DNA from: a virus
Taxonomy: Duplodnaviria > Caudoviricetes
DNA: 62,391 bases
Reading direction: 5' to 3' (one strand)
IMG/VR virus record: IMGVR_UViG_3300025392_000672
Location: 1-62,391 of that record
The notes under the pieces are model-generated. The model did not search any database. It saw only the letters and a program-made list of their open reading frames with translations, and was not told where the DNA came from. The position numbers and the translations under genes are program-made. The first letter of the stretch is position 1, and each line of letters starts with the position of its first letter. Below, piece by piece: positions 29,989 to 38,988 of the stretch.

Positions 29989-31200
29989 ATGAGCTTTTGG
30001 GATACTGAACCACAAAAACCTGTCTTTGACTTTGAATCTGAAAAAGCAAAGTTAAAAGAAAATATGGACTATTTGATGACAATGTCTGTGCAAGAACAAA
30101 CACTATATAAAAAGTGGGTGGAGTTGCAAGAACCATCAATGATTCAGGCTAAAGCCCAAATAGCATCTTATTATGATTCCCAATGGAAACCAACTGATAT
30201 CAACAATAAGGAGCTAACGATAAAAGAAATTGAAGCGTTAGACCCTTATGTTGAGATTGTTGATGACCCTAAGGAATCTACTAAATGGGCAGCGGTAAGA
30301 CGTATGATTCATACAATGGATTTTACAGCAAACCCTGGTCGTAATGTAAAGATTAATGTAAAAGATAGAGTAAGTGGAAAACTATTAGGACAAATTTCAT
30401 TAGCATCAGATGTTACTGCTATGGGAGTTAGAGATAACTACATTGGTTGGACTAAGGATAATAAATTTGTTGATGGTAAGTTAAACAACACTACTATCGC
30501 TTCTACTATTGTATGTACTCAACCATTGGGTTATAACTTCTTAGGTGGTAAGTTAATCGCTATGATGACAACTGTGCCTGAAGTTAGGGAATATTGGAAA
30601 TCAAAATATAAAAATGTTTTGATTGCAGTAGGTACTACTTCTTTGTATGGTATCCACTCTCAATACAATGGTATTCCATTATTTAAAACTTTAGGAGAAT
30701 CGGCCGGTAAGATTAGTTTAAAGCCGGATGATAAATTCTATGACCCTTGGCATCAATGGATTAAAGAAAATAGAGCTGAATGGTATAAACAAAATATATC
30801 AGATGAAAGAGCTCGTAATGGTGCTAATATGGGATATGAAGCTAACGGACCTGTTAGTGGTATTAAACAAAAAATATTAAGTGCTATCTTTAAAGAGTGT
30901 GGTATTAAGGCAACCGAATATCATCACGGATTTAAAAGAGGAGTTTATATGGCTATGATGTATGAAAATGGATGTGAGTTCTTAAGAAACGAAATCACCG
31001 AAGATAAACTAATCCTTAAAGATAAATTTAAGCAAGGTACTGAATACATTAATAAATGGTGGAAGAAACATGCAATCAGTAGATACACAAAATTACATGA
31101 AGAAGGTAGATTAAAACCTGAACATTTATTCTATATTGATGCCATTGGTATTAGTTGGGAAGAGATGAAAGCAAAGTATTTAGCAGAAGTGGGAAGATAA
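29989..31200 (+). CDS. DUF4338 (Druantia DruA-like) protein
   Basis: PGRN, GKLLGQISLASD, RDNYIGW, QPLGYNFLGGKLIA, TTSLYG..SQYN, LGESAG resemble DUF4338-family proteins of T4-like phages. Confidence 0.65.
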   Translation: MSFWDTEPQKPVFDFESEKAKLKENMDYLMTMSVQEQTLYKKWVELQEPSMIQAKAQIASYYDSQWKPTDINNKELTIKEIEALDPYVEIVDDPKESTKWAAVRRMIHTMDFTANPGRNVKINVKDRVSGKLLGQISLASDVTAMGVRDNYIGWTKDNKFVDGKLNNTTIASTIVCTQPLGYNFLGGKLIAMMTTVPEVREYWKSKYKNVLIAVGTTSLYGIHSQYNGIPLFKTLGESAGKISLKPDDKFYDPWHQWIKENRAEWYKQNISDERARNGANMGYEANGPVSGIKQKILSAIFKECGIKATEYHHGFKRGVYMAMMYENGCEFLRNEITEDKLILKDKFKQGTEYINKWWKKHAISRYTKLHEEGRLKPEHLFYIDAIGISWEEMKAKYLAEVGR

Positions 31201-31216
31201 AATTAAAACAAAATAT

Positions 31217-31528
31217 ATGGCAGAAGAATTAGAACCGCAAGGTACAATACAAATGACACCATTAAAAAAATTAGAACAATGTGAATGGTGTTTTCAGTTT
31301 GATGAAGATGAACCAAAGGTATTCGCTTGGACAGAAGAAGATATGACAGATGAAGACCCAACTGTAACATTCACAATTGGAAACACAGAAGGTGCTTATG
31401 TATCATTTTCAAAAGATGGTAAGACATTTAAGTTATTTGCAAGACCTTTAACCGAAGAAGGTAAAAAATTAAGAGAATTTAATAAATTAAACATTCCTAA
31501 AAATGAAAGTGAAAATAAAGAAGCTTAA
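31217..31528 (+). CDS. Hypothetical protein
   Basis: ORF in operon context. Confidence 0.55.
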   Translation: MAEELEPQGTIQMTPLKKLEQCEWCFQFDEDEPKVFAWTEEDMTDEDPTVTFTIGNTEGAYVSFSKDGKTFKLFARPLTEEGKKLREFNKLNIPKNESENKEA

Positions 31529-31976
31529 TCCATTAGCAGTAATACCATCATATGCAAAAGATGGTGATGCTGGGATGGATTTGGTAGCAACATCAATTAT
31601 ATCAGATACTCCAACACAAATTACATATGGTATTGGTTTAGCTTTGGAAATCCCAAAAGGATTTGTAGGATTGATATTTCCTCGTTCATCAGTTAGAAAG
31701 ACTGGTTTACAATTAAGTAATTCTGTTGGTGTAATTGATAGTGGATATAGAGGAGAATTACAAGCTACATTCAACAAACTATTTGGTGGTGAGGCTATGT
31801 ACGATGAAGTTAAAACGCAAGATTGGTACGAAAAAAACGCAAACGATTGGTATAGAGTGGGAGATAGAATTGCACAAATTATGATTATCCCACATCCTGA
31901 AATTGAGTTTGAAGAAGCTGATGAGTTATCAGATACCGAAAGAGGTGAAAGTGGATTTGGTTCAACTGGTTCTTAA
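31503..31976 (+). CDS. dut: Trimeric dUTPase
   Basis: GDAGMDL, PRSS, NSVGVIDSGYRGE, GDRIAQ, TERGESGFGSTG. Confidence 0.95.
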   Translation: MKVKIKKLNPLAVIPSYAKDGDAGMDLVATSIISDTPTQITYGIGLALEIPKGFVGLIFPRSSVRKTGLQLSNSVGVIDSGYRGELQATFNKLFGGEAMYDEVKTQDWYEKNANDWYRVGDRIAQIMIIPHPEIEFEEADELSDTERGESGFGSTGS

Positions 31977-32028
31977 ATATAGTTTCTCCTTTTTTTAAAA
32001 ATCGTATATTTATATAAAAGAAAACAAT

Positions 32029-32718
32029 ATGGCATACGGAAAATGGAAAATTGAAGAAGAATTAACATTTAATGAATACGGATATTATAGTCATTCTTTA
32101 ACAAAAGGTAGTAAAAAGCCTGTAAAGTGTAAATGCGAAGCTTGTGGAGTAATTGCTAATAAAAGATTTAGAGAAGCAGATGCGAAGCATATTTGTAAAT
32201 CTATAATAAATGGGAAGAAAAAATGTTTTAAATGTAAGTTATTTAAGCCAACGGATGAATTTTCAAAAAATAGAAACTCAACAGATGGGTTTTCTAAATT
32301 ATGTAAAGAGTGTTATTCTAATTACGATTGTGTTAAGAATGGATATAATAAAAAAAGTTCAAATTTAAAAACAAACTTGAAAGAATATCTTAAATACAAA
32401 CACAATTATTTTAAGTATAAATCTAAAATGAGAAATATTGATTTTGATTTAGAAAGTAATACTTTATATGAATTATATGAAACACAAAATGGAAAATGTT
32501 ATTATACTGGAATTGATATAATGCATAATTTAGGATGTTCTGATTATAACAGTATAAGTGTTGAACGATTAGAACCATCTATGGGATATACAAAAGATAA
32601 TGTAGTATTAGCTGCATTTAATATAAATTCTTTAAAAGGAATGATGTCTGAAAATGAATTTAAATTATTTTTAGATAGAATAATTCCAAATTTAATAGAA
32701 TATAAAAATAAAAAATAA
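32029..32718 (+). CDS. Free-standing zinc-finger/HNH-type homing endonuclease-like protein
   Basis: CKCEAC, CFKC...CKEC zinc fingers; QNGKCYYTG...SVERL...GYTKDNVV....IN..KG; very AT-rich; sits between dut and the clamp loader. Confidence 0.7.
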   Translation: MAYGKWKIEEELTFNEYGYYSHSLTKGSKKPVKCKCEACGVIANKRFREADAKHICKSIINGKKKCFKCKLFKPTDEFSKNRNSTDGFSKLCKECYSNYDCVKNGYNKKSSNLKTNLKEYLKYKHNYFKYKSKMRNIDFDLESNTLYELYETQNGKCYYTGIDIMHNLGCSDYNSISVERLEPSMGYTKDNVVLAAFNINSLKGMMSENEFKLFLDRIIPNLIEYKNKK

Positions 32719-32721
32719 AAT

Positions 32722-33663
32722 ATGTTTATAGAACAAACGGAAGAAAAAACAAACAATAATCTTTGGGTAGAGAAATATCGCCCAACAAAGCTTGTTGATT
32801 ATGTAGGTAACGAACATCTAAAATCAAAAGTAGAAGGTTATTTAGAATCAGGTGAAATTCCACATTTACTATTATACGGAAAAGCTGGTACTGGCAAAAC
32901 TACTTTAGCAAAGTTAATTGTTAAATCAATTGATTGTGATTATATGATTATAAATGCATCAGATGAAAACAATGTTGAGACTGTAAGAAACAAAGTAAAG
33001 AACTTTGCATCATCTATGGGATTCAAACCATTTAAGATTATTATATTAGATGAGTTTGATTATATGACAGCAAACGCACAAGCTATCTTAAGAAACTTAA
33101 TGGAAACATTTTCAGCACATTGTAGATTCATTTTAACTTGTAACTATGTTGAGAAAGTAATCGAACCAATTCAAAGTAGATGTCAAACTTTCCAAATTGT
33201 ACCACCAACTAAAAAGGATGTTGCAATTCAGATGAGTAAGATTTTAAAAGCTGAAGAAATTGAATTTGATGTTAAGGAATTAGTTCCAATTATAGATGCA
33301 GCTTATCCTGATATTCGTAAAGTAATCAATACTTGCCAATTGAACTCAATCAAAGGTAAGTTAAAAGTAGATGTACAAAATCTATTAGAGAATGATTACA
33401 AAGCTAAAATTGTGGATATCTTAAAATCTTCTGATGATAAGAGAAATAAATATATGAAAGTAAGACAAGCTCTTATAGATTCTAAAGCAGTTGATTTTAC
33501 CGATTTATATACTTTACTTTATGATAAGGTTGATGAGTATGGTGGAGAAAATACAGCAAATGTAATCCTATTATTAGGAGATGGTGTTAGTAAATCAGCA
33601 GTAGCAATTGATAAAGAAATTATCGCAGCAGCTACATTAATTCAAATTTTAAATATTATTTAA
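32722..33663 (+). CDS. Clamp loader large subunit (RFC/gp44-like AAA+)
   Basis: LWVEKYRP, GKAGTGKTT, INASDE, ILDEFD, SRC. Confidence 0.93.
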   Translation: MFIEQTEEKTNNNLWVEKYRPTKLVDYVGNEHLKSKVEGYLESGEIPHLLLYGKAGTGKTTLAKLIVKSIDCDYMIINASDENNVETVRNKVKNFASSMGFKPFKIIILDEFDYMTANAQAILRNLMETFSAHCRFILTCNYVEKVIEPIQSRCQTFQIVPPTKKDVAIQMSKILKAEEIEFDVKELVPIIDAAYPDIRKVINTCQLNSIKGKLKVDVQNLLENDYKAKIVDILKSSDDKRNKYMKVRQALIDSKAVDFTDLYTLLYDKVDEYGGENTANVILLLGDGVSKSAVAIDKEIIAAATLIQILNII

Positions 33664-33839
33664 TGGATACGGAATTAATAAAAAAATTAGCTGGAGAAGC
33701 AATAGATAAAAAAATGTTTGAAGAACATGATGGTGAAATATTAGTTGTTAAAAATACAAAAGGGGAAGAAGTTATTAAAATACCCTTTATGTGGATTGAA
33801 AACTTTACAAATTTAATAGAACAAAATATAAAAAAATAA
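33663..33839 (+). CDS. Small hypothetical protein (58 aa); not in the ORF track
   Basis: MDTELIKKLAGEAIDKK...LIEQNIKK* has a TAATG overlap upstream and a 1-nt gap to the next ATG. Confidence 0.55.
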   Translation: MDTELIKKLAGEAIDKKMFEEHDGEILVVKNTKGEEVIKIPFMWIENFTNLIEQNIKK

Positions 33840-33840
33840 T

Positions 33841-34110
33841 ATGGCAACAATTTTAGGAGCAGGTGGAGAAAATTTAACTCCACAAGAACCACAAATACCT
33901 TTAGAAAAAACTGAACCTATTGGTTGTAAAAAATGTGGTGGAGAAATCTTTGTACAAGGTTTTGGATTTAGAAAGATTTCAAAGTTATTAAGTGGTAAAC
34001 CAAAGGATGAAGTATTACCAGTAGAAATATTCCTTTGTGGAGATTGTGGTGAAGTATTAAATGAATTATTACCTCCGGGTTTAAAAGTAGAAGAAGAAAC
34101 AAATGCCTAA
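33841..34110 (+). CDS. Zinc-ribbon protein
   Basis: CKKC...CGDC. Confidence 0.65.
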   Translation: MATILGAGGENLTPQEPQIPLEKTEPIGCKKCGGEIFVQGFGFRKISKLLSGKPKDEVLPVEIFLCGDCGEVLNELLPPGLKVEEETNA

Positions 34111-34552
34111 AACATTATTTGACCATCTAAACGCAATTACGGATAAGAAAGACCCTAAGTATTGGGATTCATTGGAAGAAGTGGATAAAAAGACCTGGTC
34201 AAACTATATGATTATTCGTTTTCTTTCAATGAAACCTGAGTGGGTTGAGTTGATTGCGGATATACAACCTTACTTACAAGAGGCTCCCCCAAAAGCTATG
34301 TATTTAGCATTAATCGGGCTTATCCCAAAGACAAGAGCTTTCTTAAAATATATGAAACCCGCTTCATCGGAAAAGTATGAAGATTGGATTATTGAATTAG
34401 TAGCAAAAAACTACGAAGTATCAAAATCAGAAGGAGAGGATTATCTTAAAATCCTATATGAGACTACTGCCGGTAAATTACATATTAAAGAAATAGCTGA
34501 ATCGTATGGCACTGACCCTAAACAAATTACGAAACTAAAATTAAAGGTTTAA
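34103..34552 (+). CDS. Clamp loader small subunit (gp62-like)
   Basis: LFDHLNAI, YMIIRFLSM, FLKYMK, NYEVS..E..DYL; close to the gp44-like gene. Confidence 0.75.
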   Translation: MPKTLFDHLNAITDKKDPKYWDSLEEVDKKTWSNYMIIRFLSMKPEWVELIADIQPYLQEAPPKAMYLALIGLIPKTRAFLKYMKPASSEKYEDWIIELVAKNYEVSKSEGEDYLKILYETTAGKLHIKEIAESYGTDPKQITKLKLKV

Positions 34553-34553
34553 T

Positions 34554-34585
34554 TTTGGTAAACTCGGTTATTTTTCGTATCTTTA
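34554..34585 (+). promoter_or_regulatory. Bacteroidota-type promoter
   Basis: TTTG-N20-TATCTTTA. Confidence 0.7.
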
Positions 34586-34599
34586 CATAAATAAACATA

Positions 34600-35472
34600 A
34601 TGGCAAAAGTATCATTTTCGCAGTACTCAATGTGGAGTAGCTGCCCGCATCAATATAAGTTAAATTACATAGATAAATTAGGTGAAAGTTCATCTAATAT
34701 ACATACAATATTCGGAACTGCTATGCATGAAACTATTCAACATTACTTATCGGTGATGTATGGTGTTTCTAAAAAGCAAGCAGATGAAATCAACAAAGAT
34801 AAATTGTTGTTAGAACGAATGAGAGAAGCTTACAAAGGTGAAGCTGAAAAAATGAGTGAAGGAACTCCTTGTACTCAAATTGAATTAGAAGAATTTTATG
34901 GTGATGGTAGAAGAATTTTAGCATGGTTGGATAAACACATGCACAAATTCTATTCAAAGAGCGGATTTGAATTAGTAGGTATTGAAATTCCATTGAATAA
35001 GGAAGTTAAAAACGGAGTTCATTTTATAGGATTTATAGATATCGTATTAAGAGATGTTTCAGCTAATGAAATTATTATCATAGATTTAAAGACTTCAACT
35101 ATGGGTTGGAATCAATATCAGAAAGCTGATAAGATGAAGAACTCTCAAATTCTTCTTTATAAAAAATACTATTCGGAATTATTCAATATTCCAATGCAAA
35201 AAATTAGAGTAGAATATCAAATCCTTCGTAGAAAATTACCCGAAGATTCTGCATTTCCAATTCCGCATGTATCTAAGCATGTTCCTGCACATGGAGGACC
35301 ATCCGTTAATAGAGTATATGATGAGTTTATGCAATTCATAGATACTGTATTTGATGATGAAGGAAAATATAGAGATATAGAATTTCCCAAAGTACCAGGT
35401 CCAGCAAAAAAGAATTGTAAGTTTTGTGAATTTGGGAATAGAGGAATATGTGATAAAAAGGCTACAAAATAA
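34600..35472 (+). CDS. Cas4/RecB-like PD-(D/E)xK exonuclease
   Basis: SFSQ....CP, GTAMH, GFIDIV, IIDLKT, QILLY; C-terminal CKFC......C (1+3 Cys Fe-S pattern). Confidence 0.85.
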   Translation: MAKVSFSQYSMWSSCPHQYKLNYIDKLGESSSNIHTIFGTAMHETIQHYLSVMYGVSKKQADEINKDKLLLERMREAYKGEAEKMSEGTPCTQIELEEFYGDGRRILAWLDKHMHKFYSKSGFELVGIEIPLNKEVKNGVHFIGFIDIVLRDVSANEIIIIDLKTSTMGWNQYQKADKMKNSQILLYKKYYSELFNIPMQKIRVEYQILRRKLPEDSAFPIPHVSKHVPAHGGPSVNRVYDEFMQFIDTVFDDEGKYRDIEFPKVPGPAKKNCKFCEFGNRGICDKKATK

Positions 35473-35488
35473 ATTTTATGTTTTCTTG

Positions 35489-35519
35489 AAAACTTTATAT
35501 TTATATATACAAATATATT
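35489..35519. repeat. 31-bp exact repeat, copy 1 (near-palindromic core)
   Basis: AAAACTTTATATTTATATATACAAATATATT, identical at 40887-40917. Confidence 0.8.
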
Positions 35520-35523
35520 TATA

Positions 35524-35724
35524 ATGAATCAAGACAACACAAAATTAACTACTGTGAAAATACTGAAAGATGTATATTCAAGTTTCAAAAAAGTTTCTTT
35601 CGATTCGGATGTTACACTTCAAAAGCTGGTTAATAGAACAGTGGAAAGATATGTTAAAGACGATGAGTTTAGAAAAGAAATGAACGAATACTTAGAACTA
35701 CAAATTTCAGGTTCACAATTTTAA
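35524..35724 (+). CDS. Small ribbon-helix-helix-like regulator
   Basis: KLTTVKI strand followed by two helices (KDVYSSFKKV; TLQKLVNRTVERYV). Confidence 0.55.
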   Translation: MNQDNTKLTTVKILKDVYSSFKKVSFDSDVTLQKLVNRTVERYVKDDEFRKEMNEYLELQISGSQF

Positions 35725-35739
35725 CAACGAAAATAAGTT

Positions 35740-37122
35740 ATGGCAAAAAAGAAGATTCTGTTATTATCAGATGACTTAAGAATGGCAAGTGGTATCGCCA
35801 CAATGTCAAAAGAATTAGTACTAGGTACTATACACAAATACGATTGGTTTCAAGTGGGAGCCGCAATTAATCACCCAGAGCAAGGTAAAGTTTTAGATGT
35901 AAGTGAGGATATCCGTACAAACTATGGTATTCCAGATGCTAATTTAAAAATACTTCCTTGGAATGGATATGGTAATGCTGATTTAATTAGACAATTAATT
36001 AACGCTGAACAACCTGATGCTATCTTACACTTTACTGACCCTCGTTATTGGACATGGTTGTATGATATTGAGCATGAGATAAGACAAAATGTTCCTATTT
36101 TATTCTACGCAATTTGGGATGATTTACCAGACCCATTATATAATCGTAACTACTATGAAAGTTGTGATTGGATTGGTTGTATTTCTCGCCAAACATACGG
36201 TATCATTAAAAGATTATCTGCATTAGATACTAAACCAACATGGAAGCCTAAAGCAGATTGGCAGGTTGATTATGTACCACATGGTATTAATACTGATATT
36301 TACAAACCAGCGGATGTATCTGACGAATTTAGAAAAGAAATTTTAGGTGGTAAAGATTATGATTTTATTCTTTATTGGAGTAATCGTAATATTAGAAGAA
36401 AACAACCAGCTGATGTTATTGTAGCATTCAAAAGATTTTGTGATAATATTGGTAAAGAAAAAGCTGATAAAGTATGTTTATTAATGCACACTCAGCCGAT
36501 AGATGAAAATGGTACGGATTTACCTGCAGTAATAGCAGCAGTAGCTCCTGATGTTAATATTATATTTTCGGAAAAAAGAAGACCAGTTGAAGAATTAAAT
36601 CTTCTATATAATATCGCTGATGTAACAATCAACATTGCTAACAACGAAGGATTTGGATTGGCAACTGCAGAATCGGTAATGGCTGGAACACCAATCATTG
36701 TAAATGTAACTGGTGGATTACAAGACCAATGTGGATTTGAAGTTGATGGTAAATTATTAACAGCAGAAGATTATATTGATTTAGGTTCTTTACATGAGTG
36801 GAGAAAATGGGAAGGTAAGGCAATAGCTGGCGATTGGGCAACACCAATTTGGAGTAGAGCACAATCATTAGCAGGTTCAGTACCAACTCCATATATTTGG
36901 GATGATAGAGTAGATGTTGATGATGTTGCAGCTGCAATTGAAAAAGTTTACAATACATCTAAAGAAGATAGAAAAGCAGCTGGATTGAAAGGTAGAGAAG
37001 CATTTATAAATGATATGGGATTAACACATACAAATATGTGTCAGCAATTAGTAAATGGAATTGAATCAACATTTGAAAATTGGAAACCAAGACAAAGATG
37101 GGAGTGTTTTAAAATTAAATAA
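35740..37122 (+). CDS. GT-B (GT4-like) glycosyltransferase
   Basis: YVPHGIN, NRNIRRKQ, LYNIADV, NEGFGLATAESVMAGTPII..TGGL.DQ. Confidence 0.88.
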   Translation: MAKKKILLLSDDLRMASGIATMSKELVLGTIHKYDWFQVGAAINHPEQGKVLDVSEDIRTNYGIPDANLKILPWNGYGNADLIRQLINAEQPDAILHFTDPRYWTWLYDIEHEIRQNVPILFYAIWDDLPDPLYNRNYYESCDWIGCISRQTYGIIKRLSALDTKPTWKPKADWQVDYVPHGINTDIYKPADVSDEFRKEILGGKDYDFILYWSNRNIRRKQPADVIVAFKRFCDNIGKEKADKVCLLMHTQPIDENGTDLPAVIAAVAPDVNIIFSEKRRPVEELNLLYNIADVTINIANNEGFGLATAESVMAGTPIIVNVTGGLQDQCGFEVDGKLLTAEDYIDLGSLHEWRKWEGKAIAGDWATPIWSRAQSLAGSVPTPYIWDDRVDVDDVAAAIEKVYNTSKEDRKAAGLKGREAFINDMGLTHTNMCQQLVNGIESTFENWKPRQRWECFKIK

Positions 37123-37128
37123 TAAGTT

Positions 37129-38433
37129 ATGAATAAGCCAACATTAGTATTTCAAGGACCTATATTCACTCGTAGTGGTTACGGTGACCATTGTAGAGAT
37201 TTAATGAAATCCCTACGAAAGATGGATAAGTATGATATTAAAATTATACCTTTAAGATGGGGTAACACTCCGCAAAATCAAGTAGACCCATCAACCGATT
37301 TTGGTAAATGGATGCTAAGTAGAGTGATTACCGAAGTTACTGAAAAACCAGATGTATTTATGCAAGTTTCAGTAGCAAATGAATTTGAACCAAAAGGACA
37401 CTACAATATTGGTGTAACTGCTGGTGTTGAAACTACAATTTGTCCTAAAGATTTTATTGATGGTGGTAACAAAATGGATTTAATCATTGTTCCATCTGAA
37501 TTTACTAAACAAGTAATGACAACTACGGCTTATCAACAAAAAGATACGCAAAGTGGTCAAATACTTTCAGAAATTCGTTTAACAACACCTGTTGAAGTTT
37601 TATTTGAAGGAGTTGATACTGATGTATTTGAATCATCAGTTTCATCTAAAAACAATATAGATATCTTAGAAAATGTAAAAGAAGATTTTAACTTTTTAAT
37701 TGTAGGACATTGGTTGAAGGGAAGTTTAGGACAAGATAGAAAAGATATTGGTATGGCTATTAGAACATTGGCAACGGTATTCCAATATCTACCAGCGGAT
37801 AAAAGACCTGGTATTATTGTTAAAACATCGCATGCCGGATTTAGTGTGATAGATAGAGAGGGTACTAGAGAAAAAATTGATAGTGTATTAGCAGCATTTG
37901 GCGATAAGTGTCCATCTGTTTATTTGATACATGGAGATATGGAAGAAAGAGATATGAGTAACTTATACCATCACCCTAAAGTTAAAGCAATGGTATCATT
38001 TGCTAAAGGTGAGGGATATGGTAGACCAATGGCTGAATTTACTTTGACAGGTAAACCAATTATAGCTAGTGGTTGGAGCGGACAAATGGATTTTTTACCA
38101 CCGGATAACGCAGTTTTATTAGAAGGGTCTTTAACACAGGTTGATGAATCGGCAGCTGACCAATTTTGTATGAAAGAAGCTCAATGGTTTACTGTAAATT
38201 ATTCAGCAGCAGCTAATAAGTTATATGATGTTTACAACAAATATGATACTTATATTAGTAAATCAAAAGGTTTAAGAGAAAATACCTTACAAAACTTTAC
38301 ATTAGATAAAATGCATGAGGTGTTTATTAAATTAATGGAAACAAATGTTAAAGAACAACCAAAATTAGTTCCTTTTAATATTCCTAAATTGAATAGTTCT
38401 AAAATGCAGATTCCTAAGCTAAACAAAGTATAA
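37129..38433 (+). CDS. GT-B (GT4-like) glycosyltransferase
   Basis: SGYG, IIVPSEF, DRKDIG, GEGYGRPMAEF...GKPIIASGWSG..DFL. Confidence 0.88.
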   Translation: MNKPTLVFQGPIFTRSGYGDHCRDLMKSLRKMDKYDIKIIPLRWGNTPQNQVDPSTDFGKWMLSRVITEVTEKPDVFMQVSVANEFEPKGHYNIGVTAGVETTICPKDFIDGGNKMDLIIVPSEFTKQVMTTTAYQQKDTQSGQILSEIRLTTPVEVLFEGVDTDVFESSVSSKNNIDILENVKEDFNFLIVGHWLKGSLGQDRKDIGMAIRTLATVFQYLPADKRPGIIVKTSHAGFSVIDREGTREKIDSVLAAFGDKCPSVYLIHGDMEERDMSNLYHHPKVKAMVSFAKGEGYGRPMAEFTLTGKPIIASGWSGQMDFLPPDNAVLLEGSLTQVDESAADQFCMKEAQWFTVNYSAAANKLYDVYNKYDTYISKSKGLRENTLQNFTLDKMHEVFIKLMETNVKEQPKLVPFNIPKLNSSKMQIPKLNKV

Positions 38434-38434
38434 G

Positions 38435-38923
38435 ATGCCATATACTGCACAATATAATAAATTAATTGAAAGAGAAGAAGGTATATCTAAAACAAATATA
38501 ATTCCAAAAAATTTATATAGAATTACTTCATACACATATGCTGATGGTGAAAGAAAAAATTTAACTGGAAATAAATCTGCAATTATTTTTGTGTTTGGTA
38601 GAGATACTCATACCTTATATGCTATAAAATTAAACGAAGTAACAATTAAAAGATTCTTCAATTGGTTAAGCGGTATGATTATTAAAAAGCCAGATTTAAA
38701 TAAAATGAAAGAGCTAAATGAAATTATAATAAAATCAGATAAAGCTGGAAGACAATTATTTACATCAGAAATTAAAACAAAAAAAATCTATAATTTAGAT
38801 AAACCAACATACAGAACTTACACAATTAAAGGAATTTCTGCAATTTCAAAAATATACCTTAAAAAAGAAGTATTAAGTGAACAATTGGGTATTCCATTTA
38901 AAAAAGAAGAAACAACCACCTAA
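38435..38923 (+). CDS. Hypothetical basic protein
   Basis: Operon-packed ORF; no confident family. Confidence 0.6.
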   Translation: MPYTAQYNKLIEREEGISKTNIIPKNLYRITSYTYADGERKNLTGNKSAIIFVFGRDTHTLYAIKLNEVTIKRFFNWLSGMIIKKPDLNKMKELNEIIIKSDKAGRQLFTSEIKTKKIYNLDKPTYRTYTIKGISAISKIYLKKEVLSEQLGIPFKKEETTT

Positions 38924-38988
38924 CAATTAATTTATTTTACTTTTACATATATTTACCTGTATAACAATTATAAATACAGGTAAATAAG

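Noticed and set aside
29989-31200. Complete Druantia defence system
   Set aside because: Only a DUF4338-like gene is present; no DruE helicase or other partners.
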